From Alphaproteobacteria bacterium (GTDB lineage: Bacteria; Pseudomonadota; Alphaproteobacteria; UBA828): DNA of 64,000 nt. Where the stretch lies: contig OY763937.1 in assembly GCA_963667705.1 (NCBI GenBank), positions 1,354,948 through 1,418,947 of the forward strand. Reading direction: 5' to 3'. The translations under genes and the position numbers were made by a program. Each line of letters begins with the position of its first letter. Positions within the stretch are counted from its first letter, which is position 1. Of the stretch, positions 9,771 to 19,500 are shown one piece after another. The notes under the pieces are model-generated. The model did not search any database, had not been told where the DNA came from, and saw nothing but the letters and a program-made list of their open reading frames with translations.

Positions 9771-10664
9771 ATGGCTCTATACAAGTACGTGACTTTCAAA
9801 AACGCGATGCATGTTCTGGAGGGAACCATCCGGTTCACACAGCCAGGCGCCTTTAACGATCCATTCGAGATGGTTCCCGAACTTCATGTTCCCGAAGGCT
9901 TTGGCGGCGACAGAGAGATCAATATGTCATTCTCCGTTACTGCGCCGAGACGAGTAACGAGGGATTACGAATTGGCGCCCGACTTCGAGTCAGACCATTG
10001 CAGCGACAGCAATTCTCGCTCAATACGTTCATCACTCGATCAGACCATCGGTATTCTGTGCTTGTCGAAGAATCCTGCCTCACTGTTGATGTGGTCGTAC
10101 TACGCAGATCAGTACGCAGGAGCTGTTGTAGAATTCGATGACTCACACGACTTTTTTCGTGGTAGCTTTCCGATTGAGTACAGAGAGCATCGCCCGAAGT
10201 TGGACGTTAGCTACTATGAGTCCAACAATGAGCCTATTCCCGTCGCTGAACTTTGCGTAAAGCCAAAGGAATGGGAACACGAAAGAGAAGTCAGGGTAGC
10301 TCGAAGCCTGTCGGACTGCCAGCTAGTACAGGACACAAGTGCTGACGGATATCCGGTTTATGTAATGTCCATCCCTGTCGAGTGCGTCAAGGCAGTCACT
10401 ATGGGAGAACGCATGCCTGTTGAACATCAGCGTCACATTTGGGAAATGGTCAAAGACCGCAATCTCTCCCTTCATCTGGACGCGATATCCAACTGGGGCT
10501 ACGATCTCAGAAGAGATACTATCAAGCTACCAGGAATGAAGAGCCCTATTATCAGCCCTAGAACTGCACACATCTTCGTCCAGGACTCTGGACCAACAGG
10601 GGATATCGCTCGATGGCAACTCAAGTCCAATAAGTTAGCTCAATTTGTGAACGATACCCTATAG
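9771..10664 (+). CDS. DUF2971-family protein
   Basis: Begins MALYKYVTF...FTQPGAFNDPFE, which is the DUF2971 N-terminal signature (LYKY...FNDPFE). Low GC. An in-frame upstream extension to 9528 is judged non-coding. Confidence 0.65.
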   Translation: MALYKYVTFKNAMHVLEGTIRFTQPGAFNDPFEMVPELHVPEGFGGDREINMSFSVTAPRRVTRDYELAPDFESDHCSDSNSRSIRSSLDQTIGILCLSKNPASLLMWSYYADQYAGAVVEFDDSHDFFRGSFPIEYREHRPKLDVSYYESNNEPIPVAELCVKPKEWEHEREVRVARSLSDCQLVQDTSADGYPVYVMSIPVECVKAVTMGERMPVEHQRHIWEMVKDRNLSLHLDAISNWGYDLRRDTIKLPGMKSPIISPRTAHIFVQDSGPTGDIARWQLKSNKLAQFVNDTL

Positions 10665-11142
10665 ACTCTGGATACGATGAGATTGCTTTCATCGATTGCT
10701 TGTGTAGAGGCTCCAACCAACTCGCGAGCGACGTCATCTCGCCCAGGACGCTTTTGTAATTCGGGGATGTGCAGTAGGGGTTCGATCGATAGTAGCGATT
10801 GGTCGCTCTCCAATGAACATTGAGCGCTTCGTCGTTGGGTTCGCTGGATGGCTCTGGCGCGAGTTCTCAGCTCCAGCGTTTCGTGAGCTGGTCTAAGATG
10901 CTTATGCTTGGCGTACCAGAGTGGATTGAACCCCCAACTCCCAAAGGGACGAGGAAGTCTAGCTTGCTCTGAAAGCTCTCGGTCAACGGCGTCGGCCTCT
11001 CTTCTTGAGTGCTCACAAGACTATCAGGAGCAGGCGGCCTCCACACCATGTGGTGTGTTGCACGGGCTTTTATCCAGCGTACGATGGGCATTGATCGAGA
11101 ACACGGTCATGACCGTGCGAACCCATGGCGCGGGTGATCTGG

Positions 11143-12042
11143 CTATTTCGATAATTTAGCGTAGTACTGTACACCGAGGACATTCGCTATCTCTTGCAGC
11201 TCCTTGGGAAATACCCCGCCTACCGCCAGCAGACAATCTGCAACTGGAATTATGCGGTCATGAACCTGTTGAGCGCGCAAGACAGCCTTATATTTGACAC
11301 ACTGAAAGATGCCACGATGGAGTTCGTCGAATCCAGCGCTCGCAGTCTTCACTTCGACAGCAACCGCCTCCCTTTGAAAGTACACGTCTACTCTGTCGCC
11401 CGACCATAACGTGAACTCCTGAATGCCGCTATCGTCGGTCTTCAAGCCGACTACTGTCGGATTATTCGCAACTTGTTCTTTGAGCCTTTTGTGCGCGTTG
11501 CTTTCTGAGCCACTACTCCATCCGCCAGGATTAGGATGACGACGCTTCGATCTGGAACGCTTCCGCGAGCGCTTCGTTTCTTTGAGCCCGCACGCCCTAA
11601 GAACATCTCCCCACGACGGAAAGTCAAATATCTCGGTATGTGCCCGATCTATGATCGCTCGTTTTTTCCGGTCGGATAGTTTGGTTGGATCGACGTTACG
11701 ATCCAAGTAATCCTTACAAAAGCGCCTAATGTACTCGTTCGCGCCTTTTCCTGGCAAGTTGAGTTTTTCGTTTACCACCAAGAGATTGATTGGAGGTACC
11801 TTAGTACCGGTTTGATCCGCATAGTCCTTGCATGCATCGCCAATGGCTCCAGCGGGTCTACCATAAAGAACGGACATAACGTGTTGTCCCAAGCCTCTCT
11901 TCACAATTTCTTTATCCCAGCCACTATAAGTGATCGTCTGGCGTTTTCTGGCATATTCAACAAGAATGGGAAAACCAATTCGTGCCGTGCGTTTAGTCCA
12001 CGAGTTTCCTTCTAGTCTCCTAACTTTCATTTGATTTCCCAT
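11143..12042 (-). CDS. Hypothetical protein with C-terminal PD-(D/E)xK-like nuclease-fold motif and basic S/R/K-rich linker
   Basis: 299-aa ORF in the low-GC region. GDRVDVYFQ...AVAVEVK fits a D...(D/E)xK pattern. The linker KETKRSRKRSRSKRRHP separates two domains. No family recognised. Confidence 0.5.
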   Translation of the reverse strand: MGNQMKVRRLEGNSWTKRTARIGFPILVEYARKRQTITYSGWDKEIVKRGLGQHVMSVLYGRPAGAIGDACKDYADQTGTKVPPINLLVVNEKLNLPGKGANEYIRRFCKDYLDRNVDPTKLSDRKKRAIIDRAHTEIFDFPSWGDVLRACGLKETKRSRKRSRSKRRHPNPGGWSSGSESNAHKRLKEQVANNPTVVGLKTDDSGIQEFTLWSGDRVDVYFQREAVAVEVKTASAGFDELHRGIFQCVKYKAVLRAQQVHDRIIPVADCLLAVGGVFPKELQEIANVLGVQYYAKLSK

Positions 12043-12219
12043 GGTTTGTCTCTTGCAAGCTAAGTCTGAAGAGTGTTGGGCAGTTTAGACGTCGGCGGGG
12101 CTGAACCCAGCTCGCTGAGGTCAATCCGTGCTTCACATTCGCGATCGGGTCCAGTTAGTTGGCGCGCAGTGTACTACGTATGAGCTCGTTTGACGTACAA
12201 GACAAATGCCAACACGGGC

Positions 12220-12648
12220 TTACTCAAGACTCCGGGCTTGCACGGATTGAAAGCGTGCGAAGTCCCGATCATTGGTGAGAATCGTGTCGATGCCGTGCTC
12301 GCCGCAGAGCGCAGCAATCTGCGCGTCGAACATCAGGTTTCCGTGCGCATTACCTTGGAGGGCTGCTGCGATGAAATGGTCGAGAAACTCAGGGCCGGGC
12401 CGAACAAGCTCGCAACTCGGGGCGGCAACGATTCCCTGGATGAAGGCGGTGGCCTGGGCCACGGTGGACGGTGGATTGAACACACGCCGGTGCGTGACGA
12501 CCCGCATGAACTCGGTAACGCAGAAGATGGGAAGAGCCCACCGCTCCACGCCTTGAGCTAGCGCGGTGATCCGCGATGCTGCCGGGCCATGCAGCTCGGT
12601 TTCGCCGCGATGGGAGTAGATCAGGATGTTGGTGTCTACGGCGATCAC
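12220..12648 (-). CDS. vapC: PIN-domain toxin VapC
   Basis: MIAVDTNILIY... PIN motif with acidic residues (D5, E, D). 4-bp overlap with the upstream antitoxin gene. Confidence 0.85.
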   Translation of the reverse strand: MIAVDTNILIYSHRGETELHGPAASRITALAQGVERWALPIFCVTEFMRVVTHRRVFNPPSTVAQATAFIQGIVAAPSCELVRPGPEFLDHFIAAALQGNAHGNLMFDAQIAALCGEHGIDTILTNDRDFARFQSVQARSLE

Positions 12649-12881
12649 GCGCGGTCGATTACCTCGTATAGCGCGTCGCGGTCGGCGATGTCGACGTTGG
12701 GCGGTGATGTTCCGATGACCGTCTCAAGCCGCAATCGGAAACCGCGCTTTCTGCGGCGTGCATCCGAGAGCCGCGCGCGCAAGGCGTCCTCGACAAATCT
12801 GGTCAGCGTGATCCCTTCGCGCGCCGCCCGTCCCTTTGCCTGGCGCAGCACTTGATCGTTGAGATTGAGTGTGGTCTTCAT
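12645..12881 (-). CDS. vapB: VapB-type antitoxin (RHH/CopG-like)
   Basis: MKTTLNLNDQVLRQAKGRAAREGITLTRFVEDALR is typical of an RHH antitoxin. The stop overlaps the vapC start. Confidence 0.7.
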   Translation of the reverse strand: MKTTLNLNDQVLRQAKGRAAREGITLTRFVEDALRARLSDARRRKRGFRLRLETVIGTSPPNVDIADRDALYEVIDRA

Positions 12882-13994
12882 GCCAGCGTTGCCTAGTTGG
12901 AGAGCGTATGGCTGAACCATATCATGGGCGACGGAGCAAGGGAACGACTCATGGCTCGAGCCTGGTCGCCCGGAGACGTCTGCACGACGGCAGCGAGCGA
13001 TGTTCGTGTACTAAGGCCTTGGCGTTGAACTGGGAATCGTATGGGAATCAGCCGAATTCTACTTCCAGGGCGCTCAAGACCGCTCGTGACCTGATCGGCG
13101 TCCGAGCAACGGTGGACGGTGAAGAGACGGTGCCGCGCATGATCCGAGTCTGCAATCCCGGCCCAGCTTCGGCTGGAGCAAATTGTGGAGCCGCAAGAAC
13201 AGGTTATGGCACCCGAATTGCCGGATCGCGTCGAGTTTCTGGAGGGCCAACGCTTAGGCCGGCGCGGTTCACGCAGACCTGACCTTCAGATGGAACACCT
13301 GAAGTTATCTTCATTATGCGGTGAGAGCGCGACGAGACGGCGGTGGACGGGGCGACGCTGACGCTCATCTTCGACGGAGCGCTGGACAAGGCGTCGGTGC
13401 CGGCCGCGGTGCGCTTCGCAGTGGTGGGGACGAGGTCGGGGAGCCGAATTGCCTCCACCCGGTCTCCTCCGGCAACATCGAGACAGGTGCTCAACCGCTC
13501 GCTCGAGACCGTCCTTTGTGGCTCGCGGAGGATCTCATCCGTGTAGGAGATCGTCTCGATGCCTGTTGCCCGATCCACCATGTTTGCCTCGTAAACCCCG
13601 GACCCGCCTCTGCCACCCGGTATGCGCCCGGGGTCTCGCTCCTTTGAGCCCGATCCGGCCACGCCGGCTCTTGCGCGGCGGCGTTCCGCCTCCCGCGGAA
13701 GCCCCGTCGCAAGATCGCTCTGCGGGCCCTCTCTGCGTCTTCCTCTACTTTGCGGAAATCCGGCTCAAGCTTCTTCAGCCGGTCCACCAGATCGCCGAGG
13801 AGAACATTTCGCAAGATCAGTGGACAGGAGAGGTCTAGAGAGGACTGGAGGGACTGATAGTTTCTATTTCAATGTGTTACAGAATTGAGCAAATGGCTTG
13901 GCGTCCCCTGAGACCTTCTGAGCACCCGCTGGGTTGATTTCTCGTGTTGGCTAGAGTGGTGACATAGTCCGAACCAATCTCATGGATCCCGCCC

Positions 13995-15329
13995 ATGAAA
14001 CCTCCATCCGCCAAACGCGTCGCCCGCGTCAAGCTCACACTGACCAAGCGCGCCGTCCAGGCCATGACCCCCGGCGACAAACCGTGGATCGCATGGGACG
14101 ACAAGCTCACCGGATTCGGCGTCCAGGTTCACCCCAAAGGTGCCAAGTCGTTCCTCGTCAATTACCGCACCGGCGGCGGCGGTAGGAAGGCGCCCAACAA
14201 GCGCGTCGTCCTCGGCCGTTTCGGCAGGCTCTCGGTCGCCGAGGCCCGGAGAATGGCACACCAGGCCCTCGGCAAGGCCGCCGGCGGCGACGATCCGGCA
14301 GTGAAGCGCGCCACTGCGCGCGTCATGCCCCTGCTGGAGGCCATGCCCCTGCTCGAGCAGGCCTTCGAGGACTACATGAAAGTCAACCCCAAGCGGGCCG
14401 AGAGAACGAACAGGATGTACCGCGCCGAGTTCGCGAACTGCCTCGGCGACTGGCGCAGCCGTCCCCTTGATTCAATCCAGTGGCGCGACGTGGAGGAGCG
14501 TTTCTTCCGCCTCACCCGCGACCACGGCTGGGCCGGGGCCAACCGCGCGATCGCCCTGCTGCGCTCGGTCTACCGCCGGCCCTGCGTCGACATCGAGGGC
14601 CTGCATAATCCGGTCGATCTGTGGCTCGCCGGCGGCGGCGAGTACCATCGCCCGAGGCGGCGCAAGATCTCGAACCCGGCCGAGGTGCTGCCGCTCTGGC
14701 GGGCCGGGATCGAGGCCGTGGTGGTCACTCCCGCGTCGCGCGACGCCTTCTTCTTCGGGCTCTACACCGGCATGCGCGTCCAGGAGGTGCTGCCGCTGCG
14801 CTGGGAGCGCATCGACATGGAGGGCCTTTCCTTCCGGGTCGACGAGACCAAGACGGGCGAGCCGCTGGAGCTTCCCGTCACACGCCAACTGGCCACCCTC
14901 CTCGCCCGCCGCCGGGCGGAGAGCGAGGAGCTGCGCGGCAATCTTCGGGACTGGGTGTTCCCGTCCACCGTGAGCGGCTCCGGCCACGTCGCCAACCTGA
15001 GCCATCTCTATGCCAGGATCGGCGCGGCCGGCGGTGCGAAGTTCTGGTACCACGGCCTGCGCAACGCCTTCATCACCGTGGCCGAGCGCGACCTTCTGCT
15101 GCCGCGCACCCTGACCAAGCGTCTGGTCAACCACGCCCGGCCGGGCGACGTCATCGAGGGCTACGCCGCCGACTGGACCGTCGGGCAACTGCGGCGTCCC
15201 GCGCAACTGATCGCCGACCGCATCGAGGCGCTGATGAACAGCAGCACGCCGGACCAGGCCACTACGACGGCGGCCGCAACAGCCCCCGCCGACGCCGATG
15301 CCGTGGTGCGCACGGAGGCGACATCGTGA
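13995..15329 (+). CDS. Tyrosine-type site-specific integrase (DUF4102/P4-like N-terminal arm-binding domain)
   Basis: The N-terminus (LTKRAVQAMTPGDKPWIAWDDKLTGFGVQVHPKGAKSFLVNYR) is the DUF4102 integrase signature. The C-terminal catalytic region has WYHGLRN...GY. Confidence 0.85.
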   Translation: MKPPSAKRVARVKLTLTKRAVQAMTPGDKPWIAWDDKLTGFGVQVHPKGAKSFLVNYRTGGGGRKAPNKRVVLGRFGRLSVAEARRMAHQALGKAAGGDDPAVKRATARVMPLLEAMPLLEQAFEDYMKVNPKRAERTNRMYRAEFANCLGDWRSRPLDSIQWRDVEERFFRLTRDHGWAGANRAIALLRSVYRRPCVDIEGLHNPVDLWLAGGGEYHRPRRRKISNPAEVLPLWRAGIEAVVVTPASRDAFFFGLYTGMRVQEVLPLRWERIDMEGLSFRVDETKTGEPLELPVTRQLATLLARRRAESEELRGNLRDWVFPSTVSGSGHVANLSHLYARIGAAGGAKFWYHGLRNAFITVAERDLLLPRTLTKRLVNHARPGDVIEGYAADWTVGQLRRPAQLIADRIEALMNSSTPDQATTTAAATAPADADAVVRTEATS

Positions 15330-16570
15330 GCGCGCCCTCCGGCAAGCGCGTTGCGCTGAACAGGCTGACCCTGACGGTCCGCAGCGTGGACGCGCTCAAG
15401 CCGACAGAGCGGTCCTGGATCGCCTGGGACGACAGGCTGACCGGGTTCGGCGTGCGCGTGCAGCCGACCGGCCTCAAGTCCTTCGTCGTCAACTACCGTG
15501 CCGGCGACGGCGGGCGCAAGGCGCCCAACAGGCGCGTGGTGTTGGGCCGCCGCTGCGATATGTCGGTGACGGAGGCGCGGCGGAAGGCGCGGCGGATGCT
15601 GGCTGCGGTGGCCCGTGGCGAGGACCCGGCGGGCGGGCGCAGGCAGCAGCGCGCCATGCCCGTGCTGGAACGGGCCTTCGAGGACTTCATGAGCGTCAAT
15701 CCCGGGCGGGCCGCGGTCACCGAGAGGCTCTACCGCGAGGAGTTCGCCCGCCACTTCGCCGATTGGCGCGAGCGTCCCCTCGACGACATCGCGCGGCGCG
15801 ACGTGGAAGCCCTGTTCGTCCGGCTGACGGAAGACAGCGGCTGGTCGCCGGCCAACAGGGCGGTCTCGCTGTTGCGCTCGATCTATCGCAGGCCGTGCGT
15901 CGATTTCAAGGACCTGCGCAACCCGGTCGACCTATGGCTCGCGGGCGGCGGCAGGTATCACCGAAACAGGCGGCGCAGGATCTCCACCCCGGCGGAGGTC
16001 CTGCCGCGCTGGAAGAAGGGCATCGAGGACTCGGTGGGCACGCCGTGTGTGCGCGATGCCTTCTGGTTCGGCCTCTACACCGGCATGCGGCTGCGCGAGG
16101 TGCTGGCCCTGCGCTGGCGAAGCGTGGATCTGGCGGCGCTGGTCTTCCGGGTCGACAAGACCAAAGCGGGCACGCCTCTCGAACTGCCGGTCACCCGGCA
16201 ACTGGCAGCGATCCTCGAACGACGCCTCGCCGACGGTCCCGGCGAGTGGGTGTTCCCGTCGACCCTGCCCGGCGCGCTCGATCACATCGCGGACCTGTCG
16301 CAATACTACAAGCGCATCGGCGAGGCGGGCGGCGCGCGCTTCTGGTACAACGGCCTGCGCAACGTCTTCTTCACCGTGGCAGAGCGCGACCTGCTGCTGT
16401 CTCAGCCGCTGACCAAGCGGCTGGTGAACCACGCCCCGGCCTCCGACGTCACCGAGGGCTATGCGGCGGACTGGACCATCGAGCAGTTGCGCGAGCCGGC
16501 GCAGCGAATCGCGGATCGCATCGAGGCGCTGATGACGGGCGAGGGCGAGACCAGCGCCGGGCCCGCGTAG
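15326..16570 (+). CDS. Tyrosine-type site-specific integrase, paralog of the preceding gene
   Basis: GTG start overlaps the previous stop (GTGA). Same domain order and about 60% identity to the upstream integrase (LTVRSVDALKPTERSWIAWDDRLTGFGVRVQPTGLKSFVVNYR). Confidence 0.85.
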   Translation: MSAPSGKRVALNRLTLTVRSVDALKPTERSWIAWDDRLTGFGVRVQPTGLKSFVVNYRAGDGGRKAPNRRVVLGRRCDMSVTEARRKARRMLAAVARGEDPAGGRRQQRAMPVLERAFEDFMSVNPGRAAVTERLYREEFARHFADWRERPLDDIARRDVEALFVRLTEDSGWSPANRAVSLLRSIYRRPCVDFKDLRNPVDLWLAGGGRYHRNRRRRISTPAEVLPRWKKGIEDSVGTPCVRDAFWFGLYTGMRLREVLALRWRSVDLAALVFRVDKTKAGTPLELPVTRQLAAILERRLADGPGEWVFPSTLPGALDHIADLSQYYKRIGEAGGARFWYNGLRNVFFTVAERDLLLSQPLTKRLVNHAPASDVTEGYAADWTIEQLREPAQRIADRIEALMTGEGETSAGPA

Positions 16571-16699
16571 CTCGTTCGCTCTCTGGCCGGCCCCGCCCGG
16601 ACCGCAACCCCTTTTCCGCCTTCACGGCTCCAATAGGCCGTCGCCCACTCGTTCCGCGCCGCCCCGATCTTGCCACCCCGCCGGCGCCCGTGCACCGGC

Positions 16700-17200
16700 G
16701 AGAGATCCTATGAGGGCGACGCGGAGACCCGGCGCTGAAACTCCGGAATCTCCATCGGGTCCGCGCGTCCGTGAGCCCGGCGGCCTTGCGCACCTGCCAC
16801 CAGGGTTTCTGCAAGCCCTGCAAACAGGCACCTTCCTCGGTGCCGACGATTAGATAGGGGTTACCCTCGACCCGCTTGGCATTCGCCAGGACCTCGTGAT
16901 CCGGCCGTTCAGCGGGATCGTCTTGGCTCCAATTTTGGAATCCGGCAGATGAATTCGGTTACCACGGATATGCTCCCACTTCAGCGTCTGGATCTCCGAC
17001 AGGCGCACGCCGGCGTAGAGCAGCAGCTGGTACGCCGTCACCGCTGCAGGCGCGAACGCCTCCTCCTCATCTAAGGCCTCCCCCAGAGGTGTGAGTTCTT
17101 CCGCCGTCAGGAACCGCTCGCGCTTGCCCTCCAGGTACTTGCGGACGCGGTAGCACGGGTCTGAGCAATCGGGTCGTAGACTCTATACCTCAGTAAGCGA
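16700..17200 (-). pseudogene. Tyrosine integrase remnant (frameshifted, C-terminal catalytic region only)
   Basis: The minus strand translates to ...AVTAYQLLLYAGVRLSEIQTLKWEHIRGNRIHLPDSKIGAKTIPLN. After a frameshift it continues ...NPYLIVGTEEGACLQGLQKPWWQVRKAAGLTDAR. The integrase catalytic core is split over two frames. Confidence 0.5.
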
Positions 17201-17431
17201 GAACATCTTACTCACGATCACCCCGCAGCAGGGACGAGAAATGCCGTCTTAAACAAGGCCCATGCTTGAGCAGCACAGGCGCACGAAAGCCCCCAACATC
17301 GCCGCAACGGGTTCGGTCGATTGCGGACGGGAGGAAGGGGTTACCGGTGCGAGGCGCCTGCGTCGCGTCATTGACTCTCCGATGCCCGACTGACAACATG
17401 CCGTCATATTTCTTCGAAAAATGACGGCAGC

Positions 17432-18592
17432 ATGGCAGAAAAGACCTATCCGCGGCTGATCCGGCCGCCCGGGCAGAGCTTCTTTCTCCTCGGTGTCCGC
17501 GGTGTTGGCAAGAGCACCTGGGCGCGAACGCAGTTCCCCGATGCGCCGCACATCGACCTCCTCGACGAGGCGCGCTACCAGGACTACCTCGCCGATCCGT
17601 CCCTCTTCGCTGCGGATCTCCAGACCGTGCCGCCGGACAGTTGGGTGGTCGTCGACGAGATCCAGCGCCTTCCCAATCTCCTCAACGAAGTGCACCGGCA
17701 CATCGAGGAGCGGCGTCTCAACTTCGCCCTGCTCGGATCGAGCGCGCGAAAGCTCAAGGCGGCGGGCGTCAACCTGCTCGCCGGCCGGGCGCTGCACAAG
17801 ACCATGCATCCGCTGACCCCGGCCGAGCTCGGCGGCGACTTCGACCTCGAAGCCGTCCTCGCTTCTGGAACCATTCCCTTGGTCTGGGTCGCCGAGGAAC
17901 GGCGAGCGGTGCTCGACAGCTATGTCAGACTCTATCTCCGAGAGGAGGTTCGGGCGGAGGGGTTGGTTCGCAACCTCCCCGGCTTCGCGCGCTTCCTGCC
18001 GGTCGCCGCCCTCTACCACGGCCAAGTCGTCAACATATCCAGCATCGCGCGCGACTGCGGCGTCGCCCGCACCACCGTGCAAGGCTATCTGGACATTCTT
18101 GAGGACACCCTGCTTACGTTCCGCCTCCCTGCCTTCCAGCCGCGGCTGCGGGTGCGGGAGCGACGCCATCCGAAACTCTACTGGGTGGATCCCGGCCTGG
18201 TCCGTGCAGTGAAAAAGCTTCACGGACCGATCGCGCCCGAGGAACGTGGCGCGCTCCTGGAAGGCTGGGTCCTGCATCTTCTGCGGGCGCATGCAGAGGA
18301 GGGTGAACTGTTCGACGAGCTGCACTACTGGGCGCCGCACCCGGCGAACCGCACTGAGGTCGATTTCCTGCTGCGCCGGGGTAGAGAACTGGCGGCGATC
18401 GAGGTCAAGTCACAGCCGCGTTACCACACCGGCATGCTGCCGGGGCTGCGCGCAATCGCAGAGCTACCGGGTATCGCGCGACGCATCCTGGTCTACGGCG
18501 GCAAGCGGTCCTTCCAGACCGGGGACGGGATCGACGTGTGGCCCATCGATCGGCTGCAACAGGCACTCGCTGAGAGCACCCTGTGGCCCTAG
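17432..18592 (+). CDS. AAA+ ATPase, COG1373/DUF4143 family (ATP-binding protein)
   Basis: Walker A (LLGVRGVGKST) is followed by VVVDEIQRLPNLLNEV and the C-terminal DUF4143-like region. Confidence 0.8.
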   Translation: MAEKTYPRLIRPPGQSFFLLGVRGVGKSTWARTQFPDAPHIDLLDEARYQDYLADPSLFAADLQTVPPDSWVVVDEIQRLPNLLNEVHRHIEERRLNFALLGSSARKLKAAGVNLLAGRALHKTMHPLTPAELGGDFDLEAVLASGTIPLVWVAEERRAVLDSYVRLYLREEVRAEGLVRNLPGFARFLPVAALYHGQVVNISSIARDCGVARTTVQGYLDILEDTLLTFRLPAFQPRLRVRERRHPKLYWVDPGLVRAVKKLHGPIAPEERGALLEGWVLHLLRAHAEEGELFDELHYWAPHPANRTEVDFLLRRGRELAAIEVKSQPRYHTGMLPGLRAIAELPGIARRILVYGGKRSFQTGDGIDVWPIDRLQQALAESTLWP

Positions 18593-18797
18593 CTGCCCTC
18601 GCAGCTCACTTGGCTCAACACAGGCAATCTCGGAGTACGACCCTCCACCTGGGACCTGTGTCGCCTGGCTACCGGGCGATTCGCTAACGCCTCAAGCTTA
18701 TGGAGAATATGTGGCAGGTCTTCGGCGTAGTGATTGATCGCGTCAGCCGCCCGGCATTCCTCAATTCCTTGACCGATTACAAGGCCTGCAGTCCGCT

Positions 18798-19172
18798 TCA
18801 TCGCGAGGGCGCGAGGTCGTACTCTCGCACGAGCACGTCGGCCGGGAGCTTCCATTCCGCAGACAGAGCCCGGATCATCGGCAGGGTCAGCGGCCGGCGG
18901 CGACTTAGCACTTCCGAGGCATGCGGCTGCGACCCGATCACGGCGGCGAGGTCCTTCTGGCGATAGCCGCGTACTTCCATCGCATGTTCGATCATTGCGA
19001 CAGGATCCGGCGCTTCCACCGGCCAGCGACCCTCCTCGTAGGCCTCGACAAGGGTGACGAGAATCTCAAGCCAATCCCCTTCCGGGGTGTCCGGGGCTGC
19101 GCCCATAAGGCTCTCGATCGTCTCCAGCGCCGCATCGTAATCGGCCTCGCACCTGATTGGCCTTATGTTCAT
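18798..19172 (-). CDS. higA: HigA-family antitoxin (HTH, XRE-like)
   Basis: MNIRPIRCEADYDAALETIESLM...YRQKDLAAVIGSQPHASEVLSRRRPLTLPMIRALS matches HigA. GGAGGAGG Shine-Dalgarno lies 6 nt upstream of the ATG at 19172. Confidence 0.75.
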   Translation of the reverse strand: MNIRPIRCEADYDAALETIESLMGAAPDTPEGDWLEILVTLVEAYEEGRWPVEAPDPVAMIEHAMEVRGYRQKDLAAVIGSQPHASEVLSRRRPLTLPMIRALSAEWKLPADVLVREYDLAPSR

Positions 19173-19500
19173 GAGCGACCTCCTCCACCGTCGACGCATT
19201 GATCCGATCGTACTCGCCATGGCTTCCGACGAAGTGTCAATCGGCATTCAGAATATTGCCTGTTGTCCCCTCCACCGTGGAGTAGGCCCTTGGGGTCGGA
19301 CAGTACGACGCGGACGCGTTCCCGAGGAGACCGGGTGGAGCCGTTTCGACTCAGCGGGTGATCGCGCCAAGCGACGACACCGATAGTCACGTCGAGGAAG
19401 CGCTCGCGCCGCAGGAATGCCGACAACGGCAGGCCCAAGTCCATGCCCCCGCAATGCAGGGCGCAGTGTTCGCCGTCCGGACGTCGCAGTCCCTCGGCAC
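19169..19500 (-). pseudogene. higB: HigB/RelE-family toxin, degraded (frameshifts)
   Basis: Two reading frames carry consecutive HigB-like pieces: GIPAARA...KRLHPVSSG in one, LLHGGGDNRQYSECRLTLRRKPWRVRSDQ in the other (compare GNRKGFWSVWVNGNWRVIFRF). The frame junction lies in a G-run. The end overlaps the higA start by 4 nt. Confidence 0.4.

Noticed and set aside
13000-13990. Several 60-150-aa ORFs on both strands between vapB and the first integrase
   Set aside because: There are no coherent domains. Some fragments (such as VDGATLTLIFDGALDKASVPAA) look like remnants of decayed genes, but none can be supported as a feature. This may be att-site or junction DNA.
14467-16713. Alternative-frame ORFs (649 aa, 471 aa and several on the minus strand) across the integrase pair
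   Set aside because: The integrase reading frames carry the conserved DUF4102 and catalytic motifs. The alternatives are low-complexity. Only the in-frame portion from the GTG at 15326 is retained as the second integrase.
17161-17430. Searched for a tRNA/tmRNA gene adjacent to the integrases
   Set aside because: There is no cloverleaf-compatible acceptor and T-arm (GTTCRANYC) pairing, here or in 13860-13990 and 16570-16700. tRNAscan was not run, so a tRNA just outside the window cannot be excluded.
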